Origin: Macrostomum lignano
Taxonomy: Eukaryota
Assembly: GCA_002269645.1 (NCBI GenBank)
Contig: NIVC01000271.1
Location: forward strand, 410,899-474,898
DNA length: 64,000 bases
Direction: 5' to 3'
The notes beneath the pieces are model-generated. The model had not been told where the DNA came from and searched no databases. It was given only the letters and a program-made list of their open reading frames with translations. This document shows positions 1 through 12,105 of the stretch, in pieces (the stretch's first letter is position 1; every line of letters starts with the position of its first letter). Position numbers and translations under genes: made by a program.

Positions 1-250
1 CCCGATATGTACACCCTCCCGATATGTATGCACACCCTCCAGAGCAGCAGGAGCCCATGCCGCAGGCACCCCACTCTCCCAAGCCGCAGGCACCCCGAGT
101 GTACACTCTCCCGAGCCAAAGGTACACTCTCCCCAGTACGGGTGTACACTCTCCCAATACAGGTGTACACTCTCCCAATACAGGTGTACACTCGCCCAAT
201 ACAGGTGTACACTCTCCCAATACAGGTGTACACTCTCCCGATATGTAGTC
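1..250 (+). repeat. Block with tandem 21-bp units GGTGTACACTCTCCCAATACA (palindromic core GTGTACAC); direct copy at about 2655-2940, inverted copy at about 6845-7093
   Basis: Units read directly at 140-240, 2798-2940 and (reverse) 6850-6955. The flanking sequence CCTCCAGAGCAGCAGG..CCCATGCCGCAG is shared between copies. Confidence 0.93.
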
Positions 251-3200
251 AACGATACGTACCCCGCAGGCCCCCTATACCTCACACCCTGCCCCCCACC
301 TAGCCTCTTCCCCTCTCTCACCCGCATCTCAACTAGCGAAATCGAACTCAGGTCGCGCCCATACTAGGCCACTACACGGTTGGGTATAGGAAGTTTCAGC
401 CCCGATGCTGACGCAGCCCTGTACAGTGAGCGTGTACGGGCAGAGAGGGGTGGGTGGACAGAGAGCCAGTCACTAGGTTGTTATACTGTTGAAGCATAGG
501 GAGCGAGAAGTTTTAACCCCGACGCTGACGCAGCCCTGTACAGTGAGCGTGTACGGGCAGAGGGTGGGTGGAAAGAGATGTGAACAACACAGCCTGCTGC
601 AGGAGCCGGATAGAGAGGCGCATGCTAGGACAGAGAGGCAGTGTGAGTCACACACACCCCACAGAGAGAGTCGTACAGAGGATAGAGAGCTCCCTCCCCA
701 GTTGCAGGGGACAGAGAGGCAAGCAGGGTATGCAGGGGCATGCGATCAGTCAAGGGGCCACGCGAGGATAGAGTGGAGGAGCAGAGATGTGTAGGGACAG
801 AGAGCAGGCCACGCGTGCGTAGTGTGAGGGAACAGAAACATATGGAGCAGGAGGGAGATAGGGAGCAAACGCTCTGGGTAAGGGAGCCACACAAGGGAGC
901 CATGCAGCAGGGAGCAGTGTACAGTGAGACACGGGCAGGGGTGGAGCCGTGCGTGGACAGAGCTGAACGGCACGGTCAGCTGCAGGAATAGGATGATAGA
1001 GAGGCGCGGAGAGGAGGGGGGGGGCAGAGAGCAGTGTGCAGGGGTAGGCAGCCACGCAGGCTGGGGAACAGAGAGGCGCGTGTCAGCCAGTTGCAGCCCG
1101 GGACAGAGAAGTGTGAAGGGGGCCTGGGACAGAGTTGCGAGCAAGGCACAGAGAGGTAGGGTCCAGTAGCTATGTATAGACAGGGACCCACGCGAGGGCA
1201 GGACTGGGGAGTAGGCATGCAAGTTGCATGCAAGGGCAGAGAGGTGTGCGCGGAGGGAGACAGAGAGCAGTGTGTAGGGGTAGGTAACAGCAAACTTTAG
1301 TAGAGGCGCGTGCGGGGACGGAGAAACCAGTCTGAGCGTACAGAGACGTTACAGAGAGGTACACAAACAGAGACCAAAGCGGGCAGAGCACGTGTAGGGA
1401 CAGAGACGTGAGGGAGAATCGACCAAAACACGCTATGTATTATCAAAAGTTGGATTTAGTGCAGCATATTTAATAGTGGGTAGTATAATAGTATGTACAT
1501 AGTACCTAGTAGTATTAATAGTAAGTATATTAGCCCAAAAGGTAGGCTAAAACAGGCTAAACTGTGTGTACGCATCCTCATCATCCCACAAGCACCCTCC
1601 CCTGCCAGACTCACTCTTCCAAACCCTCCTGTATTGCTGTATGAAGGAAAATATAGTGTAAAAATACAGATGTTAACCGCTAGACCACTGAAATCAGGGC
1701 ACACTAGAGGGGTTTCGGGGTCTGCATGCTCTATGTAAGCTGCTTGAGGAGGTTCCAGGGTGTAGGGAGGGTTTCCATTATGTTTTGAAAAAAGAACTAG
1801 GAGGTTAAATTCAACGGTTTATTCAAAAAGTAGGTTATTTTAATGAAATAGCTGATACAATCATTGTCGAGAGTAGAAATTTTTATAAGAAACCAGGTAT
1901 TTTAGCAAAAATAAACCTTCAAACCACATAAATTTGAATAAAAAGCAGACATTTTCAAGTAAGCAAACTACATAGAAACTACATAGAAAAGTAAGTAAAC
2001 TAGGCACAAAACCAGCAAATTTTACCTTTTTTATTTTAATGTTACTGATAAAGTAGAGAGTAGAAACTTGTGAGCTGTACGGAGTTAGAAAGTATTAGGC
2101 ATTATGTATCGTATGAATTATTAGTTCAGTACCAGCCATTGGTCAAGCGAGCATTTATGAAGTTATTACGAGCGAAGAAGGGATAGAGAGGCATATACAG
2201 GAAGACCATCGTCTCCTTCTAAACCACCGCGATCAGATTGCTAATAGAGATAAGCTTTGTCTGTGTGTAGTATGAGTAAGCGAAGGCGGGGCAAATACTT
2301 TTCAACATGCCAGACAGACAGTATTATGCTAGGATTTCTCTCGAAATCTCGATACGTTAGTTTTTATCACACCATCCAGATGCGCCAACTAGTCAGCAGT
2401 AGTCATTTATATGTTATTAAACCTTACAAACCCAGGTCCGGTAAATATTACAAAGAGTATATTACGTACACACGCCAACCTCGAATACCAAACCATACTA
2501 GTCTACTTGCAGTGCTCCCGGAGGGAAGGGATGGTCTGGAGTTACACACCAAGAATGCATTCATACAAAGAGTACATCACTCGAGCCCAGTCCAGGCGCC
2601 CCGACATGTATGACGCAGGCAACCCTCCCGACATGTATGCAGCAGGCGCACCCTCCCGATATGTACCCCGATATGTACACCCTTCCGATATGTATGCCCA
2701 CCCTCCAGAGCAGCAGGCACCCATGCCGCAGACGCCCAAGCCGCAGGCACCCCGAGTGTACACTCTCCCGAGCCAAAGGTACACTCTCCCCAGTACGGGT
2801 GTACACTCTCCCAATACAGGTGTACACTCTCCCAATACAGGTGTACACTCTCCCAATACAGGTGTACACTCTCCCAATACAGGTGTACACTCCCCGATAT
2901 GAGTGTACACTCTCCCAATATGAGTGTACACTCTCTCGATATGTATGTGTACACCGATATGTAACCAACGATATTAACACAAAATTAGGCTAGTGAAAAC
3001 TACTCATAGTAGGTGAAATTGCGTATATTTACATAAAAAGTAAGCAAAACGCATATTAAACATATCAGTAGGTGTAAATATCGGTGCATAATGCATATTA
3101 CGATGCATATAGGTGTACAGACATATAGAATTAAGTATATGGGCAGCAAAAAACACACAATATAGATGCATTTTATCGATATATTGACAGAAAAGTAGGT

Positions 3201-4227
3201 GAAATAGACAAAATCGTAATACAAAGCGGGTACATATCGCTTTATTAGTGGAGTAGGCGCTTGCAGATGCTAGTATAATGTAAAACATAGGTTGAAATAC
3301 ACATACACAGAGTAGATACAAGTATAATACAGGTGCATATGCACACACTGTAGATTCAAATTATGTAGGTGTATAGGCTAAAATACACACATCGTAGAGG
3401 CAGAAGCAAGCATAATGCAGGAAAATTATGATACATATTAGTGCATAAAAGTATCATATTATGACACACTGTAGCACATATTGACATAATGCAGGGGAAA
3501 ATATTGACAGAAATAATGCACAATTGTAGAGGTAACAACCCGCCAACTAGTAAGGGCATCCAACACTTGTTCAGGTTTTTATTATTTCGAGACGAGTGTC
3601 ACGCCCTCGCAAGAGATCTTATCAGACATTTGTTGAACCCCACTGCAACTCCCCAGAGCCTCCAAATGCGAGTTTTTAACCCAGGGTCGAGTACAAAGGG
3701 CCCGCCCACTCTTAACCCCAAGGGGAGATCCCTAGCGGAGACCAAGTACAGTGCGGATGGAGAGGGGTAACAGAAAGCGCTGCATCAGACCGCGGAGCTG
3801 CATTCCTCCCTGAGGTAGGCGCGTCAGCTCCCACTCCTCATTTAACCATCAAGTAAACTAAATAAGTCAAGCAGAAAGCCCCTACATTCACCCACAACCA
3901 GCACAAGTAAGAGTACTTTCCACTAGAGAGCCATAGTGCAAGATTCGCGAGCCAAGTTGAAGCACACCCAATTACACTAAAGACATATGTATTAAAAAGC
4001 AGGCCTGCACCTCTACAAAAACACAGTATGTACCAACAAAATTTGCTTTTGGTGCAGCGTATTTAATAAAAAGCAGGTGTCTTAGCACAAAAGTAGGCAT
4101 CAATGCGGGGCACGGGCTAAACTGTATAAACTGTATTTACAAACGCAGGTCAACAAACTACACACAATGTAGCGCATAGACATAATTGTACGCATAAATG
4201 TACACAATTTCCTGTATATAGGACCTC

Positions 4228-4422
4228 ATGTACGCAAATTTACGCAAATGTACACACACACACACACACACATGCACGCACACGCGTATCCTGCAGCGCA
4301 TCCTGCAGCGCCGATCGCCGCAGGCGATGGCGCCATCGGCAGGGAGCTCTTGCTGTGAATACGCGTGTGCGTGCATGTGTGTGTGTGTGTGTGTGTGTAC
4401 ATTTGCGTAAATTTGCGTACAT
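4228..4422. other. ~195-nt fold-back palindrome with a branched GC-rich tip
   Basis: Stem 4228-4289 pairs with 4359-4422 (one CA unit differs). The loop holds ATCGCC-GCA-GGCGAT (4314-4328) and the palindrome GATGGCGCCATC (4326-4337). Confidence 0.92.
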
Positions 4423-7400
4423 ATCGGGGTACATATCGGGAGGGTGCGCCTGCTGCATACATGTCGGGAGGGTTGCCTGCGTCATACATGTCGGGGCGCC
4501 TGGACTGGGCTCGAGTGATGTACTCTTTGTATGAATGCATTCTTGGTGTGTAACTCCAGACCATCCCTTCCCTCCGGGAGCACTGCAAGTAGACTAGTAT
4601 GGTTTGGTATTCGAGGTTGGCGTGTGTACGTAATATACTCTTTGTAATATTTACCGGACCTGGGTTTGTAAGGTTTAATAACATATAAATGACTACTGCT
4701 GACTAGTTGGCGCATCTGGATGGTGTGATAAAAACTAACGTATCGAGATTTCGAGAGAAATCCTAGCATAATACTGTCTGTCTGGCATGTTGAAAAGTAT
4801 TTGCCCCGCCTTCGCTTACTCATACTACACACAGACAAAGCTTATCTCTATTAGCAATCTGATCGCGGTGGTTTAGAAGGAGACGATGGTCTTCCTGTAT
4901 ATGCCTCTCTATCCCTTCTTCGCTCGTAATAACTTCATAAATGCTCGCTTGACCAATGGCTGGTACTGAACTAATAATTCATACGATACATAATGCCTAA
5001 TACTTTCTAACTCCGTACAGCTCACAAGTTTCTACTCTCTACTTTATCAGTAACATTAAAATAAAAAAGGTAAAATTTGCTGGTTTTGTGCCTAGTTTAC
5101 TTACTTTTCTATGTAGTTTCTATGTAGTTTGCTTACTTGAAAATGTCTGCTTTTTATTCAAATTTATGTGGTTTGAAGGTTTATTTTTGCTAAAATACCT
5201 GGTTTCTTATAAAAATTTCTACTCTCGACAATGATTGTATCAGCTATTTCATTAAAATAACCTACTTTTTGAATAAACCGTTGAATTTAACCTCCTAGTT
5301 CTTTTTTCAAAACATAATGGAAACCCTCCCTACACCCTGGAACCTCCTCAAGCAGCTTACATAGAGCATGCAGACCCCGAAACCCCTCTAGTGTGCCCTG
5401 ATTTCAGTGGTCTAGCGGTTAACATCTGTATTTTTACACTATATTTTCCTTCATACAGCAATACAGGAGGGTTTGGAAGAGTGAGTCTGGCAGGGGAGGG
5501 TGCTTGTGGGATGATGAGGATGCGTACACACAGTTTAGCCTGTTTTAGCCTACCTTTTGGGCTAATATACTTACTATTAATACTACTAGGTACTATGTAC
5601 ATACTATTATACTACCCACTATTAAATATGCTGCACTAAATCCAACTTTTGATAATACATAGCGTGTTTTGGTCGATTCTCCCTCACGTCTCTGTCCCTA
5701 CACGTGCTCTGCCCGCTTTGGTCTCTGTTTGTGTACCTCTCTGTAACGTCTCTGTACGCTCAGACTGGTTTCTCCGTCCCCGCACGCGCCTCTACTAAAG
5801 TTTGCTGTTACCTACCCCTACACACTGCTCTCTGTCTCCCTCCGCGCACACCTCTCTGCCCTTGCATGCAACTTGCATGCCTACTCCCCAGTCCTGCCCT
5901 CGCGTGGGTCCCTGTCTATACATAGCTACTGGACCCTACCTCTCTGTGCCTTGCTCGCAACTCTGTCCCAGGCCCCCTTCACACTTCTCTGTCCCGGGCT
6001 GCAACTGGCTGACACGCGCCTCTCTGTTCCCCAGCCTGCGTGGCTGCCTACCCCTGCACACTGCTCTCTGCCCCCCCCCCTCCTCTCCGCGCCTCTCTAT
6101 CATCCTATTCCTGCAGCTGACCGTGCCGTTCAGCTCTGTCCACGCACGGCTCCACCCCTGCCCGTGTCTCACTGTACACTGCTCCCTGCTGCATGGCTCC
6201 CTTGTGTGGCTCCCTTACCCAGAGCGTTTGCTCCCTATCTCCCTCCTGCTCCATATGTTTCTGTTCCCTCACACTACGCACGCGTGGCCTGCTCTCTGTC
6301 CCTACACATCTCTGCTCCTCCACTCTATCCTCGCGTGGCCCCTTGACTGATCGCATGCCCCTGCATACCCTGCTTGCCTCTCTGTCCCCTGCAACTGGGG
6401 AGGGAGCTCTCTATCCTCTGTACGACTCTCTCTGTGGGGTGTGTGTGACTCACACTGCCTCTCTGTCCTAGCATGCGCCTCTCTATCCGGCTCCTGCAGC
6501 AGGCTGTGTTGTTCACATCTCTTTCCACCCACCCTCTGCCCGTACACGCTCACTGTACAGGGCTGCGTCAGCGTCGGGGTTAAAACTTCTCGCTCCCTAT
6601 GCTTCAACAGTATAACAACCTAGTGACTGGCTCTCTGTCCACCCACCCCTCTCTGCCCGTACACGCTCACTGTACAGGGCTGCGTCAGCATCGGGGCTGA
6701 AACTTCCTATACCCAACCGTGTAGTGGCCTAGTATGGGCGCGACCTGAGTTCGATTTCGCTAGTTGAGATGCGGGTGAGAGAGGGGAAGAGGCTAGGTGG
6801 GGGCAGGGTGTGAGGTATAGGGGCCTGCGGGGTACGTATCGTTGACTACATATCGGGAGAGTGTACACCTGTATTGGGAGAGTGTACACCTGTATTGGGC
6901 GAGTGTACACCTGTATTGGGAGAGTGTACACCTGTATTGGGAGAGTGTACACCCGTACTGGGGAGAGTGTACCTTTGGCTCGGGAGAGTGTACACTCGGG
7001 GTGCCTGCGGCTTGGGAGAGTGGGGTGCCTGCGGCATGGGCTCCTGCTGCTCTGGAGGGTGTGCATACATATCGGGAGGGTGTACATATCGGGAGGGTGC
7101 GCTTGCGGCATACATATCGGGAGGGTGTACATACATATCGGGAGGGTGCGCCTGCGGCTGGTCGGCGCTTGGCGCCACGCGCCTGCGGCGCGCGCGCGCC
7201 GAGCGCCAGCCAATGAGAGGCGAGGAGGGTTGACACCCACCCCACCTCCAAAAACCCCGGATACGGGTGCCCTTAGTAGTTACATTGAGTTCTTTCTGAC
7301 AAAAAGCTTCATACAATCGCTGTTCAAATACCTACTACGCTCGTAACTGCTTGTATATAAAATCTATGCATTTTATAGTGCATTCAAAGTAGCTTTAAAT

Positions 7401-8323
7401 ATTTGAGTTTCAATTTTTTCCGAGAAGTATAATTTCTACTTTACTCTAGCTAGGCCTGCTCCGTGGGCCTCATTGTAAAGTGTGTTAACCTCACCCCTCC
7501 CCCTTTGCCCACCTCTCCTCTGCCCGTCCCTCCGCCGCGTGCAGGGGGTTCTTAAGCCCAGAATTTTCTGGCCTAGTTGTCGGCGTGCAACTGATCTGAT
7601 TTTTTTCTTGTTTTTTCCCCCCAGTTTTATCGATCCAATTCGCATTCGACGTACGCCCGTATATTGCGTAAAATAAATGCAACATACGAAGGGGTCGCCT
7701 TCCCACCTCTTCGCTGCTTTGTGCTCGCTACCAACCCGCCGCCTTTGCCTTCCTTTTGCTGCTTGTGGGGTTGTAGATTAATATCTTGCTATTTCAGAAA
7801 TATACAAAATCTGTGGCCTTTCTTTTGCCCGGAACTCTAAAGTTCTTAGGCTCCACTAAATGACTGAATTATTTTTACAGACAACTTAGGAGTAAGTTCG
7901 CTTTATATTTTTATTTCTGTTTTGTTTGCTTCGTTAAAATTGTAGTTATAAAATATTAGCAAATGTGTATGTAGCTTTGGTGAACTTCTGCTGTTATGTT
8001 ACTCAATGTGAGAACGCAAAGAAACGATATGCGAACTTCTCCTCTTATTTTTGGGGTTATAGCAAAATCAAACTTAGCAGGGTTAAATTAGTGCCAATAT
8101 TAAGGTTATAGTTATTTTATAGAATATCCAGTACAAAAAACTTCCGTAAATTTTCGATTACATCTTAGAATCATTTTATAATTAACCTTTTTGCTCTCTA
8201 GTTGGTGCGAATTCGCCAGCAGGCCAGCGTATCAGAAACTTAGGTTTTGGCCAAAGAAGGTTTGGCCATAGATTTGCAGAAAGCAGAAAGCAATTAGGAA
8301 ATAGCTGTATTTAATTTGGTCTG

Positions 8324-9743
8324 CCCACAGATACTTGAATAAGTTATTCTACGGGGAAAAACCGGTACAGAGGCTGACTGTGATATTCGAATTTGATGCA
8401 ACTTGCGTCATAAGTAGAAAAAAATCCAACGGTTGTTTTGCTTTTTAAATTGGGTAAAAATGTCAATTCATTAAAAAGTTATGCCTATAAATAGAACAAG
8501 GGGTAGGGGGTAAAGTTACACCAAGTCGAGCCTACTATGCTGGCCAAAGACTAAACTTTTGATGTTTAGTCAGAACCATCGATTCGAAAACAAAAGCAAA
8601 CGAAGAAGCTGAAGAGAAACAAAAGAGCACATAAGCCCTCGAAAAAAGTAGAAGCTAATCTGAAGCAGCAGCAGAAGCAGAACAGCTGCAGGCTGCAGGC
8701 TGAGGGGTGACTTCGTCGAAAAGTCATCAGTCAAGGGCGATGGCGATGCTGCGTGACCGACTTTGCAGACCCCTCGACTTGGTGGGAAGCAGAATAACAC
8801 GCCGTGAGCGTATTTTCGAACGCCTGTGCATGCGCGAGACTGCTTGGTGTAGTTATTAGAAGGCAACTGCGCCTCTAGCTTAACACCCTCAAACCCGCTG
8901 GCTGCTCTGCAGCCATCTGCCATCCGCGGAATGGAGGAATCTAGCACGCTGACGAGTGCGTCAATGGCTGAAACACGAGTGCGCGTAGCGCACGAGGGTT
9001 TTTGCCAAAGACGCACAAGTCAAAGTGCTTGATTTCCATTCTTATTTGATCCAACATGTGTGCCTAAAGTAGACAAGGGTGGAGCTGGGTGTGTGGAGTT
9101 AGACTTGAACCATAGAGAAAATATGCGCGAGCTAGTCTGAACATTCTTGCACGATGGAAAGAAGATTATGCTTGTAGTCTATGGCTGTTATGCTAAATAT
9201 AGAAACATTGCGCATTACATTCTTGCACGATTGACGTTCCTGCACGGAGTGCACATGCAAATTCAAGGTGCTTTTACCATAGACACTAGCATTTCTGCAC
9301 GCATATGGCGACTTCCAAAGCATTCTTGCACGCTGGATCAAATAAGAATGCCCGCCGCCACAGCTGTCTGTGGCCAGGACCAGCGGCGCCCTGCAACTCA
9401 CTCAGAAAACCCACTATGGCTGCAGAGCAGCCATCAAAGAAATAGCACTCATTTTTACACAGCTCATTTAGTGAATCTATGGCTACTCTGCAGCCAGTGG
9501 GTTTTCAAAGAGTGAATGCTGTGGCTGCTTTGGGCAGACCCAGATGTCTATGGCTGCTCTGCATCTAACGGGTTTTCTCAGAGTGATTGCACAGGCTTGA
9601 GGGAGCAGAAATGGTTTAAAAGCAAAACAACCGTTGGATTTTTTCTACTCATGACGCAAGTTGCATCAAATTCGAATATCACAGTCAGCCTCTGTACGGG
9701 TTTTTCCCGCTATTTCTGGGACAACCCTCGTAGTATCAGTGGG
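8324..9743. mobile_element. Non-autonomous DNA-transposon-like element with ~95-bp inverted termini
   Basis: 8352-8449 is the near reverse complement of 9615-9709, with further matches at 8324-8335/9732-9743 and an internal inverted repeat at about 9399-9515. No TSD or transposase was identified. Confidence 0.65.
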
Positions 9744-10892
9744 TCTGCCTAAGAACAGCTTGTACAAGAAAAATTGAGACATGGCACAATATGGCACATA
9801 TTGAGAGACCTTACTCCAAAATCAGCTTGATGGACCGTGAGAGAATCCTTTAGTTAGCCCAAATAGAACACAGTCTAAACCAAATTGGTGGCTGGTTTTC
9901 TGCACATGTCTATATGGCAAACCATGTTTTTCGGCTTGGCTCGTTTCCGCTGCGTGTGTCGCACCAAAAATAGAACGCAAAAAGGTATAGTTTAACTTGA
10001 ACTTTGCTGCTCCCTACTCGATCCTGCTTATTTCCCGGATGCTCTATTTCCATTTATTTTGCAGTTAAAAGTTGTCTGTCTTGTTCGAAGTCATGTTTTT
10101 CAAAGCCCCCACTAAACTTAAGAATAAAGCAACAAATGGTCTATCCGTAGACACATTCTCATAAATTTTTATCAACTTTTCATTCCACTTAGGTTACTCG
10201 TAATTGTTCATGCGAGTGATTAGAAGACACAGCTAGCGGTTGGAAGAATGCTTACATGGAGTGATTTTAGATATTGTGGCGCAACTAAACGAGATTAGAT
10301 AAAAATTGTAGAATCTCATAATAAACGCATCAGATGACAAGTAGTGAAACCTTTTTTCATTTATTCTGTGGCAAGTGAATATTAATAAAATTTAAAACAT
10401 TTGGTTAGTGCTAGTACCAATATAATGCTTTTGGAATATATAGCTAGCTCGTACACTCAGTTGCTGTGCCAGTTGTAATTGTGCTTACCATTCAGTTAGC
10501 TCGCAACTATAAAGTCGCTTCGTCGAGTCTCTGGCTCGTATAAAAATTGCAGTTTGACAGTTGCTGTCTCTCTTCGCTCTCTTCGCTCTTCGCTCGCTCA
10601 AATAGAATTATAGAATTAATTAAAGCTGAAGTTCCCTTTTTGTACGAGTGCAAACACCAGTGCAGCCGCACGTGAAACCCCCAACCTCTGTCTAGCTGAG
10701 GTGGGGTAGGTGCGCTAGCCGGCTCGCTAAGCTGGGGGGGGTTGGCGAAGTCTATCACGCCAAGCCACCTTTTCGCACCTCCCCAAGCCCCACAATTTCG
10801 CGCACTCTCACGACTACCATAGACTTCCGTGGCCCGCTCAGCTGACCGTCGTCAAAGCTGAGAAGCAGTTTGGTCTGCTAGGCCGTGATCTC

Positions 10893-12105
10893 TTGCAATC
10901 TGACAGTCTCTTCAACGTGACTAAAGCCCCTCCTAAGGAGGACAAAACACTTCCGGTGATAAAGGGCACTGAGGCTAAGATGTCACTCGTGGAAAGCACT
11001 GCCCCAAAGTTTTGCGGAGCCCGTCCTGTGCTAATTGCCATGGAGTCTGCGGTGAACGCTGAGCTGGAGAGACTTCAACAACTGGTTTGACTTTCTTTCA
11101 AAAAGTCATCGAGCGCGTTTGCTTGGGACATTTGTCCCAGTGTACACACGCCGAAATGCTGTTCAAAAAGGTGGCCGACTCTTCGACGGTAGAAGATGGC
11201 TTGCTGTTCAAGGGTCGCAATGTCTTCATTTCTCCCAGACTTAGGAAAGAAACTTTCATGGCAGCTCATGACACTCACTTGAGATATCTTGCGACGTACA
11301 ATATCATGGCCCTCTCATGCTGGTGGCCACACATGCGCTCAGACATTGAGCAGTTTGTTCACAATCGTTCGGCCTGCTGCCGTCTGCGCCCAAGACTCCT
11401 AGAATCACGAGATAGCTGGCCATCTGCAGAATTCCCATTCCAAAAGCTACACATGAATTGGGCTTACGTTAAAGATGTCGGAAATATTTTCACAGTGATT
11501 CTTTGCGCTCCTGGCTAAAGATCAGTGGAATGAAAAAACTTGAATCCCCAACATATTACCCCCAGGCTAACTGGGCAGCTGAGCGTGCTGTTCAAACTGT
11601 GAAACGGGGATTGCGAGCTTGGACCGAGCGGATTACTCATGCTGACTTTGTACCCTTCCTGTAGCGCGTGCTGTTCCACCACAGAATATCGTCGCTCCAC
11701 CGAGGGCGAAGCCCGGCAGAACTCGTGTTCGGTCGTCGACTCCGTGTTCCTGTGGTGTCAACGTTCGATCAGGGCGAAAAGGTTGCCTACAGACCAACAT
11801 TTGATGCCTCAACATCAACCGCAGAGTTTCTAATGCACAAAGGCAGCAATACGTCATGGATTCTGAACAATGACTTTACGCTACGCCTTGCAAGCAACAA
11901 CCAACTTGCCACGATAGCTGCTGGTGCTGAGAATTCTGATGACGAGAGCCTGGATCAGCCACACAGTGCACCTGCCAATCAAGTGATTCCAACCCCTGAC
12001 GGCAGTCCTCGGCCACAAGAGCAAGCTTCTGAGATTGAGGACAGTACTGGTGGTACATGCAAAGGCACTCGCACTCGACGCCCACACGAACGATACACTC
12101 CGTGA
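10893..12105 (+). pseudogene. Decayed Ty3/Gypsy pol remnant: protease-RT linker joined directly to integrase (RT/RNase H missing)
   Basis: PKFCGARPVLIAMESAVNAELERLQ is the typical pre-RT segment. AHDTH...WWPHMRSDIEQFVHNRSACC is a degenerate integrase HHCC zinc finger, and SPAELVFGRRLR is an integrase C-terminal motif. The remnant carries stops and frameshifts, and no LTRs were found. Confidence 0.85.

Larger units (their letters stand above)
1..7093. repeat. Large inverted repeat: left arm 1-2678 (open at window start), right arm 4417-7093, spacer 2679-4416
   Basis: Mirror-image ORFs have coordinate sums of 7094-7096 (473..655/6441..6623, 1493..1738/5357..5602, 2257..2613/4482..4838). The only arm differences I noticed are 1-nt homopolymer-length changes. 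Confidence 0.97.

Noticed and set aside
400-1420. Overlapping 60-180 aa ORFs in the palindrome arms (and their mirrors at 5700-6620)
   Set aside because: The strand-biased purine-rich subrepeats are stop-poor in many frames and show no protein-family signal.
8570-9016. 148-aa minus-strand ORF as a transposase
   Set aside because: No recognisable domain, and part of it is a low-complexity CAG/GAA tract.
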